Below, piece after piece: positions 38,387-47,741 of a DNA stretch of 64,000 nucleotides (the first letter of the stretch is position 1; each line of letters starts with the position of its first letter). This stretch comes from Christensenellaceae bacterium. Its GTDB lineage: Bacteria > Bacillota > Clostridia > Christensenellales > DTU072. Below the pieces are notes generated by a model, which worked only from the letters and a program-made list of their open reading frames with translations, was not told the origin of the DNA and searched no databases. The stretch covers positions 1,455 through 65,454 of the forward strand of contig JAIRMA010000037.1 in NCBI GenBank assembly GCA_031259085.1. The letters are read 5' to 3'. The translations under genes were made by a program, and so were the position numbers.

Positions 38387-39394
38387 ATGTCAATAAGATT
38401 TGAAGGATACGAAAGAAGGATAGATTCAATTCTGCAATTCTTGAAAAAAAATGGTATAGAAAGCCTCGAAAAAGCATCTGAGATTTGTCTTAAGAAAAAA
38501 ATTGATGTTGATCAGATAGTAAAGGGAGTGCAACCAATTGCTTTTGAAAATGCAGTATGGGCATATACGTTAGGATGCGCTCATGCTATCAAGAAGAATG
38601 TCAAAAGCGCAAGTGCAGCTGCAGAGGCAATTGGGGAAGGATTACAAGCTTTTTGTATACCAGGATCAGTAGCAGATACAAGACAAGTTGGTTTAGGGCA
38701 TGGAAACCTTGCTGCTAAACTTTTAAGGGAAGAAACAAAGTGTTTTGCTTTCGTAGCAGGGCATGAGTCATTTGCCGCAGCTGAAGGAGCTATAGGTATT
38801 GCTAAATCTGCTAACAAAGTTAGAAAAGATCCATTAAGAGTCATACTAAATGGTCTAGGTAAAGATGCAGCATTCATTATCAGCAGAATAAATGGCTTTA
38901 CGTACGTCAGAACTGAATTCAATAGATACACTAACGAATTAGTAATAATCAGTGAAGTAGCATATAGTTCTGGTGAAAAAGCTAAAGTTAAGTGTTATGG
39001 GGCAGATGATGTAACAGAAGGTGTTGCGATAATGATAAGGGAAGGTGTAGATGTTGGTATTACTGGCAATAGTACAAACCCAACACGATTTCAGCATCCA
39101 GTTAGTGGCACATACAAAAAATGGGCACTTGAGAATGGAAAAAAGTATTTTTCTGTAGCATCAGGAGGTGGCACTGGAAGAACTTTGCATCCTGACAACA
39201 TGGGTGCTGGACCTGCTTCATATGGAATGACTGATACAATGGGGCGCATGCATAGTGATGCACAATTTGCTGGATCTAGTTCTGTTCCTGCTCACGTTGA
39301 GATGATGGGCTTAATTGGAATGGGAAATAATCCAATGGTTGGTGCTACAGTAGCAGTCGCTGTTGAAATTCAACAAGCCTTGAATTCAAAATAA
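38387..39394 (+). CDS. 'GGGtGRT protein' family member, function unknown
   Basis: 335 aa with SGGGTGRTLHPDNMGAGPASYGMTD. AGGAGG lies 9 nt upstream of the ATG, which is 13 nt after the preceding gene. Confidence 0.8.
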   Translation: MSIRFEGYERRIDSILQFLKKNGIESLEKASEICLKKKIDVDQIVKGVQPIAFENAVWAYTLGCAHAIKKNVKSASAAAEAIGEGLQAFCIPGSVADTRQVGLGHGNLAAKLLREETKCFAFVAGHESFAAAEGAIGIAKSANKVRKDPLRVILNGLGKDAAFIISRINGFTYVRTEFNRYTNELVIISEVAYSSGEKAKVKCYGADDVTEGVAIMIREGVDVGITGNSTNPTRFQHPVSGTYKKWALENGKKYFSVASGGGTGRTLHPDNMGAGPASYGMTDTMGRMHSDAQFAGSSSVPAHVEMMGLIGMGNNPMVGATVAVAVEIQQALNSK

Positions 39395-39443
39395 AATTTT
39401 CTATTGCAGTTATATTGCTTTGGAAATTTTGGGGGATGTTAAT

Positions 39444-39629
39444 ATGAAAGTTGTTATAGTTTGTTTAGCCGCAGTGCTGTTCATATCGTTTATAATCTGG
39501 TATTGGTCAAGTGTAGTCTCACTAGCTAGAACCAAAGGTTATAGTGTAAAAAAATGGGTATTTCTGTGTATGAGTATGCCTTTTATGTATTTCGTTTTGA
39601 GAAGAAAACCAGATATTAGTAAAAGGTAA
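39444..39629 (+). CDS. Small two-helix membrane protein (61 aa)
   Basis: MKVVIVCLAAVLFISFIIWYW...WVFLCMSMPFMYFVL. GGGGGA lies 7 nt upstream. Start chosen at the ATG rather than the track's non-ATG start at 39420. Confidence 0.4.
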   Translation: MKVVIVCLAAVLFISFIIWYWSSVVSLARTKGYSVKKWVFLCMSMPFMYFVLRRKPDISKR

Positions 39630-39734
39630 AGATAGGTAAATTATATATGCCTTACTAATAAATGATAACTCTGATCATAAATAATTAATGAAGTCTTGAC
39701 TGCTATTTATTTCAAATTTGTCTTGACTTTACTT

Positions 39735-39810
39735 GCTGGAATGGCTCAGTTGGTAGAGCGGATCACTCGTAATGATCAGGTCGCCGGTCCGAATCCGGCT
39801 TTCAGCTCCA
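39735..39810 (+). tRNA. tRNA-Thr (anticodon CGU), with an unusual T-loop
   Basis: GCTGGAATGGCTCAGTTGGTAGAGCGGATCACTCGTAATGATCAGGTCGCCGGTCCGAATCCGGCTTTCAGCTCCA. Acceptor GCTGGAA/TTTCAGC, anticodon stem GATCA/TGATC, loop CTCGTAA, encoded CCA. The T-loop reads TCCGAAT, so position 55 is C rather than U. Confidence 0.8.
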
Positions 39811-39833
39811 CTTTGATATTTCCATTGGATTAC

Positions 39834-39869
39834 ACGAGAGGGTTGCACCATTTGGTGCTACCCTCTCGT
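39834..39869 (+). terminator. Hairpin downstream of tRNA-Thr
   Basis: ACGAGAGGGTTGCACCA-TT-TGGTGCTACCCTCTCGT (16/17 pairing), followed by CTTATGTATAA. The U-tract is weak. Confidence 0.5.
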
Positions 39870-40717
39870 CTTATGTATAATACGAATAATGAGCTCTATA
39901 CTGATTCAACTATTATTCAATTACACTCCTTAAAATAGCTACTCTTAAGTGCTAAAGAAATCCATTTGTACTAACGTCTAAATGGGCATGTTCAGTTCAA
40001 ACTAACAATTACATCTTCGAGGCATCAAAAAATGTCACGGGCTTTGTACATCAATTATGCAGAACACTCATATGCCCTTTATAGAAATCAGCACTAGTTT
40101 ATCCATTTTTAATGTGTTATGATTTTCCAATATTTAAATAAAAAATTACAGATTCGTATAAGAAAAATGTATTTTATTTTAAAGTGATGAGGTTATCCCA
40201 ATTGGTTATTTATAATGGTTACATGAATTCGTTTTTTGGTCGTTTTACATGTCAATGGATAAGAAAATATTAGACTTTTTTTAATGGATGCGGAAATAAA
40301 TGGAGAAGACATGTATTCGCAATAAAGTAGATTGTGTTTTTTGGGTGGTTTATTCACTAACTATAGGCATTGCTAGATTTTTTGCGCAGAACTATATCAA
40401 AGTACTTTTATCTGCAACTTTATTCCCCAATTAAAAGATCTCTATATTATATTTGTTCAACTTTTTATAAGTGAAGTATCACCCTAAAAACAATATTTTG
40501 AGCATACTTTGCTTTTTAGTTACGATGAACATATAAAAGCAAATATATGTTAATTATATAGAGCAAACAGTACAAAATTTTACACGTTTGTAATTCTAGC
40601 CTAAATGCGAGGAAAGTGAATCTAGAAAATCAAGCATTTTCTAAAACAGGTAATCACTTGGCAATGTAGATTTATGAGTGAAATGGCGAAGGATTTCGAC
40701 TTCATAGCCTGTTAATG

Positions 40718-42745
40718 CTAAGCATTAATGTTCTTTTGAATTATTCTATCAATGGCTTTCTTTGCTTTAGTTAACGTACAGCTGTCAATTTTCTTTCCAT
40801 TTATTTCTAATACTGGGCCTTTTCGGCAAGATGGTCCGCCAAATGAGGCTGTGAATATGGTGTCATTCGTTAAATCTTTTTCGCGCACATATTTTACTAG
40901 ACCTACATATAATTCTTGTGCTCCTTTGGGCAAACAGCACGCTCCAAAGCATATTTTAATATGATATTTTTTAACTTCAGATTGTCCATCTAACAACACA
41001 ATATCATCGTGTGCTATTTTAGGTTTAGTCTCATATTCTGTATGAAATAACTCATGTGCCTTTTCGTGTGTAATTTCTTCAGCATAGAGCTTTTGTAAAT
41101 ATGGATTTTCTCCTGAATTTCTAAATAACATAGTTTTATCATCAGCATAGAGACCTTTGGCTCTCTCTGCTACTGCGTTTGGCTCATGTGTAGGAACAGG
41201 TTGTCCACCCCCATTTACACAACCTCCACAACATGCCATAACCTCAATTATGTCGTAACTAGCTTCGCCAGCCTTAATTTTCTCTATCAGTTTTCGCGCA
41301 TTGGCTAATCCACTAACTACAGCAACACTAACCTTTGCATCGCCAATATTAATCTCTGCAGTTTTTAATCCATCAGGACCACGTACTTGTTTAAAATCAG
41401 TTACGGGCGCATCTGGGGTAAGAGCAGCAGATGCAAATCTCAATACAGCCTCACCAACACCACCTGACGCACCAAATATTACGCCAGCACCCGTCTTAAA
41501 ACCAAAAGGCATATCAAATGATGCTGGTTCTATGTTGTCAAATTCAATGCCACGCTCTTTCATCATCAAGGCTAATTCTTTAGTAGTTAATACTATATCT
41601 GTGTCTCTGTTGCCATTAACACTAAACTCTGGTCGTGATGCTTCATATTTTTTCGCGGTGCATGGCATAATAGAAATTATAACTAGGTCTTCTCTTGATA
41701 TATTTAAGTCCTTAGCTAATTTTTCCTTGGCTAGTGAACTAAACATTTGCTGAGGTGATTTGCAAGAGGATAAATTATTCAATAATTCTGGATAATTTTG
41801 TTCTGCAAATTTAACCCATGCAGGACAACATGAGGTGAATTGTGGTAGTTTTTCCTTTTTAGTAAACCTTCCTAAAAATTCTGTAGCTTCCTCAATTATT
41901 GTCAAATCGGCTGAAAAACAGGTGTCATACACTTTATCTACGCCTATCATTCTAAGTGCGGCAGTTATTTTTCCTGTTGACAATGCACCTGGCTTTTGTC
42001 CGAAGTATTCACCTAAAGCAACTCTTACTGCTGGTGCTACTTGTACTACAACCTTTTTTGTAGGATCATGAATTGCATCCCATGCCTCATTAATGTTATA
42101 TTTTGGCATCAATGCACCAACAGGACATATTTTAACACACTGCCCACAATTAACACATTCTACTTTTCCTAAGGCTTGTCCGAAAAATGGTGTTACTTTA
42201 GCATATGCACCCCTGTTCGCAATATCTAAGGCCCCAACAGATTGTATTTCCTTACATACCCTTACACAATCTCCACATAACACACATTTGCTTGGGTCTC
42301 TGATAATTGATGGTGATGAATCATCTATAGGGCACTTTGAGTCCATTTGTTTGAATCTAACTTTAGTGATTCCCATTTTTCTAGATAGTTTTTGGAGTTT
42401 ACATTCATCACTTTTAGGGCACGTAGTACAACTTTGATCATGACTAGCTAGCATTAATTCCAATATCATCTTTCTCATGCTTCTAATCTGCTTTGTGTTA
42501 GTTCTTACTATCATATTAGGTGCTATAGGTGTTGAACATGCTGGAACTATACCTCGCCCGTCCACCTCAACCATGCACATACGGCACGCGCCATAAACAC
42601 TTATATCTGAGTGATAACAAAATGTTGGTAATTCAACGTTTGCCTTTCTAATTAACTCCAATAAGTTTTTTTCACCTTCTAGTGGAGTTATCATCCCATC
42701 TATTAGTGCAGTTTTTACTTCATTATTTGTGCTTGACATTTGCAT
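40718..42745 (-). CDS. hydA: [FeFe]-hydrogenase catalytic subunit with N-terminal 2Fe-2S/4Fe-4S domains and a C-terminal thioredoxin-like extension
   Basis: H-cluster motifs FTSCCPAW, MPCTAKKYE and EVMACCGGCVNGGGQP. An N-terminal ferredoxin-like Cys array. The C-terminal ~100 aa (ICFGACCLPKG...GGPSCRKGP) resemble NuoE/HydC-type domains. Confidence 0.9.
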   Translation of the reverse strand: MQMSSTNNEVKTALIDGMITPLEGEKNLLELIRKANVELPTFCYHSDISVYGACRMCMVEVDGRGIVPACSTPIAPNMIVRTNTKQIRSMRKMILELMLASHDQSCTTCPKSDECKLQKLSRKMGITKVRFKQMDSKCPIDDSSPSIIRDPSKCVLCGDCVRVCKEIQSVGALDIANRGAYAKVTPFFGQALGKVECVNCGQCVKICPVGALMPKYNINEAWDAIHDPTKKVVVQVAPAVRVALGEYFGQKPGALSTGKITAALRMIGVDKVYDTCFSADLTIIEEATEFLGRFTKKEKLPQFTSCCPAWVKFAEQNYPELLNNLSSCKSPQQMFSSLAKEKLAKDLNISREDLVIISIMPCTAKKYEASRPEFSVNGNRDTDIVLTTKELALMMKERGIEFDNIEPASFDMPFGFKTGAGVIFGASGGVGEAVLRFASAALTPDAPVTDFKQVRGPDGLKTAEINIGDAKVSVAVVSGLANARKLIEKIKAGEASYDIIEVMACCGGCVNGGGQPVPTHEPNAVAERAKGLYADDKTMLFRNSGENPYLQKLYAEEITHEKAHELFHTEYETKPKIAHDDIVLLDGQSEVKKYHIKICFGACCLPKGAQELYVGLVKYVREKDLTNDTIFTASFGGPSCRKGPVLEINGKKIDSCTLTKAKKAIDRIIQKNINA

Positions 42746-42867
42746 CCCTGCCTTGTACTCATTTTTATCTAAACAATTTTTTTATAGCGACCACATTACT
42801 CTATGGGCTATTATGTGTCGCGCTTACATTTGATATTTCTCTATTGCAAGTTAATAGCATCTTTAAT

Positions 42868-44751
42868 TTAGCCTTCAGCTACTGCTCCAAATTTACAAGC
42901 GGCTACACAAGCGCCACATTTAATACATTTTTTGCTGTCAATAACATAAGGTACACCTCTAGCTCCAGTAATTGCCTCTACTGGGCACTTTCTAGAACAT
43001 AGACTACAACTCTTACATTTCTCTTTGAGAATGATATATTTTTTGAAAGCATCACAGCTGTTTGCAGGGCAATATCCATCAAACACATGCGCATTATATT
43101 CGTGTCTAAAATATCTAAGAGTTGATAAAACAGGATTTGGAGCTGTTTTGCCGAGAGCGCAAAGTGAGCCAATCTTTACAGTATTTGCAAGTTCTTCTAA
43201 TAATGCAAGTGTATCACCCGTAGCTTTTTTTTCAATTATTTCGTCTAATAACGCTAGCATCTGACGTGTGCCCTCTCGACACACAACGCATTTCCCACAT
43301 GATTCATTTTGAGTGAATTGCATAAAAAACCTTGCTATTTTTATCATGCAAGTCTGTTCATTCATAACAACTAACCCGCCAGATCCTACCATCGCTCCTA
43401 CAGATTGTAAACTCTCGTAATCAAGTGGTAAATCCAAATGAGCTTTTGTTAAACAACCTCCAGATGGCCCACCTATCTGTACAGCCTTAAAATCACCACC
43501 AGTAAGATTGCCAGAATCATCTATAACTCCGCCACCTATTTCATAAATAATCTCTCTTATGGTAGTACCAAACGGAACTTCTATTAGACCCGTGTTAGCA
43601 ACATGTCCTGTTAAAGCAAATGTCTTTGTACCCTTAGCTGTCTTTGTTCCTAATTTTGAATAATTCTCAGCGCCAATTCGCATTATGAGTGGTATTGTAG
43701 ATAAAGTTTCAACATTATTAATTAATGTAGGTTTGCCAAACAAACCTTTTTCTGCTGGGAAAGGAGGCTTAGGCGATGGCATTCCTCTTTTTCCCTCAAT
43801 TGATGACATCAACGCGGTTTCTTCACCGCATACAAACGCACCAGCACCTTCCATTATGTTGATTATAAATTTCATGTTGGAACCGAATATATTGTTGCCT
43901 AAAATTCCAACAGATTCTGCATCGTGAACTGCTTGTTTAAGTCTCTCAACTGCAAGTGGATACTCAGTTCTTACATAGACATATCCAATGGATGCACCTA
44001 TTGCCTTTGCGGCTATTATCATCCCCTCTATAACGCTATGCGGATTACCTTCCATCACGCACCTGTCCATAAATGCGCCTGGATCACCTTCGTCACCATT
44101 GCAAATTACATATTTAATGTCAGAAATATTCTGCCTGGTTATGTCCCATTTGCGACCAGTAGGAAACCCGCCGCCTCCACGACCTCTAAGCCCTGAATCT
44201 GAGATTTCTTTGCAAATAGCTACATCTGTTAATTCATAGACAGCCTTGCGAGCCATGAAATAGCCATCGTTTGCTATATATTCATCTAAATCATTAACGT
44301 CAATGTTCCCACATAGTTTCAGCATAATGCGTTGTTGTTTAGCATAGAATGGTATTTTTTGCTTCTCAACAACAGGCACTCCGCTCGTGGTTCTGTATAA
44401 TAATCTATCAATGGGATTGCCCTTTAAAATAGTTTCTTCAACAATCTCTTCTACATCTTCAACTTTTACCTTTGTGTATAATATTCCTTGTGGATACAAT
44501 GTGACCAATGGCCCCATTTGACAAAAGCCTTGACAACCACTCTGTGACAATAAATAATCAGCTTTTTCTTTCTTTAACGAAACGGTTATAGGATATCCCT
44601 TTTCGTTCACAACATCTAAAAATTTATTGTATATGAGGAGTGAACCATTAGCAACGCAACCAGTTCCAGCGCATATTATAATGCGCACTTTGTATTCTTT
44701 AATGCATTCCTCAAATGCAATCTTGCGCTCACTTAAATCAAAGTGACTCAT
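42868..44751 (-). CDS. hydB: NuoF-like flavoprotein subunit of the bifurcating hydrogenase
   Basis: GRGGGGFPTGRKW (FMN), ICNGDEGDPGAF, ESCGKCVVCREG, and two C-terminal CxxCxxCxxxCP motifs. Start moved to ATG 44751 (MSHFDL), 9 nt after GAGGAGG (complement of 44761-44767). It overlaps the hydC 3' end by 14 nt. Confidence 0.9.
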   Translation of the reverse strand: MSHFDLSERKIAFEECIKEYKVRIIICAGTGCVANGSLLIYNKFLDVVNEKGYPITVSLKKEKADYLLSQSGCQGFCQMGPLVTLYPQGILYTKVKVEDVEEIVEETILKGNPIDRLLYRTTSGVPVVEKQKIPFYAKQQRIMLKLCGNIDVNDLDEYIANDGYFMARKAVYELTDVAICKEISDSGLRGRGGGGFPTGRKWDITRQNISDIKYVICNGDEGDPGAFMDRCVMEGNPHSVIEGMIIAAKAIGASIGYVYVRTEYPLAVERLKQAVHDAESVGILGNNIFGSNMKFIINIMEGAGAFVCGEETALMSSIEGKRGMPSPKPPFPAEKGLFGKPTLINNVETLSTIPLIMRIGAENYSKLGTKTAKGTKTFALTGHVANTGLIEVPFGTTIREIIYEIGGGVIDDSGNLTGGDFKAVQIGGPSGGCLTKAHLDLPLDYESLQSVGAMVGSGGLVVMNEQTCMIKIARFFMQFTQNESCGKCVVCREGTRQMLALLDEIIEKKATGDTLALLEELANTVKIGSLCALGKTAPNPVLSTLRYFRHEYNAHVFDGYCPANSCDAFKKYIILKEKCKSCSLCSRKCPVEAITGARGVPYVIDSKKCIKCGACVAACKFGAVAEG

Positions 44752-45238
44752 TTGCCTTTTCCTCCTCTTTAATTTTTTCAATTAAAGCGATGGTTTTATC
44801 CTTGTTCATCGCACCATGCACCTCATCATTAATTACGACAACTGGCGCTATTCCACAGGCGCCTAAGCAAGCGACAGTTTCTAAAGTAAATAGCATGTCG
44901 TCTGTGGTTTTTTTATCTTTATTAAGACCTAATTTAGACTCTAAAGTTTTAATTATATCCTCTGATTTTTTAACGTGGCACGCAGTTCCATCGCAAACTT
45001 TTATTATATTCTTACCCTTTGGTTGTAGTGTGAAATGCGAATAAAAAGTAGCAACTCCATATGCGAAAGCGGGTGAAATACCCAATGCGGTTGCTATGTA
45101 CATCATTATTTCCTCTGGAAGATATTTATATTCTTCTTGAATCTCTTGCAAAATTTTAATCAGCATGTGAGGATTTCTATTATGCTTATCAATTATTTCA
45201 CAGACACGATCGAACTTAGTTGTTTCTTGATCAGTCAT
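44738..45238 (-). CDS. hydC: NuoE-like [2Fe-2S] subunit of the bifurcating hydrogenase
   Basis: CDGTACHVKKSE...ACLGACGIAPVVVIND. I prefer the start at 45238 (MTDQETT), downstream of AAGGAGA. The track start at 45274 is possible. Confidence 0.85.
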   Translation of the reverse strand: MTDQETTKFDRVCEIIDKHNRNPHMLIKILQEIQEEYKYLPEEIMMYIATALGISPAFAYGVATFYSHFTLQPKGKNIIKVCDGTACHVKKSEDIIKTLESKLGLNKDKKTTDDMLFTLETVACLGACGIAPVVVINDEVHGAMNKDKTIALIEKIKEEEKANESL

Positions 45239-46015
45239 GCTCTTGTAGACTCTCCTTATTTTTGTGTTATGCATGTTTATGTATAACCAATGTGCATTAC
45301 CATTTTATCAATTTTGTATTATTTTGTCAAATAATTAATATGTTATTAGTCTTAAGTCAAGTGAAACGCATTAATTAATATCATTTTTTTTTAATCTGCT
45401 AAAAAAAACTCCTCTGCTAATTAAAAAATACTCGTTTTATATTAATCCAATTAAATTTACATAAAGATAGGTGATTTATTTATTGCCATGACGGATTTCT
45501 ATACAATTTAGGTATCATTTGGGGAATTTACCAAATATTTTGACTTTCTATGCACACATATTCCCACTTGGTATTTGAGTTTTGTGTATTCTTGTACTTT
45601 TTAGAATTACCAATTTGCTCTCTTTATACATAATGCTCAAACTAGATATTTCTTAAATGTTAAAATGGACTGGTTATTATCGTTAAGTATCATTCATTAA
45701 TTTTTTTAAATGAGTTTTAATCTTCGAATGTTTTAAAAAGCTAAAAATATTATGACCACATTATCTCAAATATGTATGTATTCCTGTCATGTTGCTGTTT
45801 TTAGAATAAGCTTGTCTTATTACAAACTGTAAAAGACAGCAAATTCTAGATTCCTAATGCTTGACTGTTCATCACCCCCCCTATCCTTTATGAACGCCGT
45901 TTCGGTATAACGGCGCGTTCTCTCGGTATAATATCGCACGTAAATTATATCGAATAATAAAAAGACGGGTACGTTTGAAGCCGTGTCGGTTGTGTCGTTA
46001 TGCTTTGCTCGCCGT

Positions 46016-47293
46016 TTACAACTCTTGCTTTAACAAGAAATCTTTTAGGTGAATGCCCTTGACGCCGTTTTCATCCGCTTGCCACATGTGGTCGAGCGTA
46101 ACGACGTATTTCGGATAATGGTCGTTTATTGCAAGCAACGGCGCAAATTCTCGCACCTTGGTTTTTGTGTAATCGGTAAACTCAAGGCATACCTGAACGT
46201 AAATGTAACTCCTGTATTTCTCTGCTACAAAATCAATTTCGAGTGTTTTGGTTACTCGCTTGCCATTTTCGTCGCGCGTTACAACCTGAATATTGCCGAC
46301 CGTAACGTTATATCCGCGCCGCAAAAGCTCCAAATAGACGATATTCTCAATTATCTTGCCACTGTTCGACGGTCTATCTCCAAACAAGGCGTATTGAAGC
46401 GAATGTTCCCCGAGATAAAACTTTTCGTTTGTTTTAAGCAAGGCTTTGCCCTTTACATCAAACTTTTGCACGCTGTGAACAATGAACGCGTCTTCTAAAT
46501 GACCGAGATATTCTGTAATCGTGCTCGGATCGCCGCCGACTTTCTCATCTTTCAAATATTTTACGATAGAGCTTACCGAAACCGAACTGCCGATATTTTC
46601 ATAAACAAACGCGACGAGCTTCTTTAGAAGTTCGGGGTTACGGAGTTTTTTTCGCTCGATTACGTCTTTTAGTACTGCGGACGAGTTTATGTCTTGAATT
46701 ATTCTACGTGCCGCATTCGGCGTGAATTTCATTGTCGAAAGAATCGGAAAACCTCCTATCTCAATATAATCGTCAAGTTCTTTACTTTCGTCGTCCGTGC
46801 CGATTCCGTAGGCTTTACGGAATTTGATAAACTCCCGTAGCGACAACCCGTGAATGTAGAACGTGACGTACCTGCCCGCGAGAAGCGTCGCAAACTCGCC
46901 AGAAAGCAATTTTGAGTTAGCACCCGTGATGTATATATCGGTATTTTTCAGGCGAAAACCGTTAACCGATTTTTCCCACCCGTCCACAAGTTGCGGCTCG
47001 TCTAAAAATAAATAATATCTTTTATCGTCCTTGATAAACGATAAAATGTGTTCATTCAATTGCGCGTTTGTTTTTATCCATTGGTTTTCGACGTCCTCAA
47101 AGTTAATGCGAATGATATGCTCAGCGTCCACGCGTTCTGCGACCTCTTGTATAACGAGATTCAAAACGTAGGACTTGCCCGAACGGCGGAGCCCCGTGAT
47201 GATTTTTATAAGCGGCTTGTTGATGAAGTCCTTTATTTGCTCGGTGTAAACCTCGCGCTCAATTGTTTTATTCATTTTTTCATTATCCGTCAT
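46016..47293 (-). CDS. AAA_14-type ATPase fused to a DUF4143-type C-terminal domain
   Basis: Walker A GLRRSGKSY, Walker B YLFLDEPQ. The C-terminal ...LEIDFVAEKYRSYIYVQVC aligns with the ...EIDFV...IPIEVK motif of the paralogue at 63083-64000. Confidence 0.8.
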   Translation of the reverse strand: MTDNEKMNKTIEREVYTEQIKDFINKPLIKIITGLRRSGKSYVLNLVIQEVAERVDAEHIIRINFEDVENQWIKTNAQLNEHILSFIKDDKRYYLFLDEPQLVDGWEKSVNGFRLKNTDIYITGANSKLLSGEFATLLAGRYVTFYIHGLSLREFIKFRKAYGIGTDDESKELDDYIEIGGFPILSTMKFTPNAARRIIQDINSSAVLKDVIERKKLRNPELLKKLVAFVYENIGSSVSVSSIVKYLKDEKVGGDPSTITEYLGHLEDAFIVHSVQKFDVKGKALLKTNEKFYLGEHSLQYALFGDRPSNSGKIIENIVYLELLRRGYNVTVGNIQVVTRDENGKRVTKTLEIDFVAEKYRSYIYVQVCLEFTDYTKTKVREFAPLLAINDHYPKYVVTLDHMWQADENGVKGIHLKDFLLKQEL

Positions 47294-47340
47294 GATACAT
47301 CTCCTGACACCGACTATTATACCATATCAAAACCGCATTG

Positions 47341-47741
47341 TCAACTGAATTTTTGTGTTTGGTGTATTTTATCACAGATTGATATGTTATGCAACTTTAA
47401 TTTTTCCCCGTGCTTCCTGTTGTGGCAAGCCCTGCATATATTTTGTAGGCTGTCCATGTCAAGCCGCGTTCCGCCCTCGCGTATGGTCTGTATGTGGTCG
47501 GTTATCTCTGCGGGCTGTATTCGTCCAGCCCTCATGCACTCGGCGCACAACGGCTCCAGCCTTAACTGCGCCGCCACCACCCGACGCCACGCGGGGCTAC
47601 TGTAAAAATTCCTTGACCACTCGTCCCTGCCGTAACGGTTATATTCGGTTTTACCTGCTTTCGGTGCTTTTCACAAAACCCATCATGCGTCAGCTCTGGA
47701 CAGTTTGGGTACGCGCACGGCTTTTTCGATTTATACGGCAT
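47341..47741 (-). pseudogene. Phage-type HNH endonuclease disrupted by a 1-nt frameshift
   Basis: ATG 47741 (AGGAGG upstream) gives MPYKSKKPCAYPNCPELTHDGFCEKHRKQ..., which stops at 47562-47564. The family-typical continuation ...EYNRYGRDEWSRNFYSSPAWRRVVAAQLRLEPLCAECMRAGR...TDHIQTIREGG...CRACHNRKH is in another frame, ending at 47341. Confidence 0.8.
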
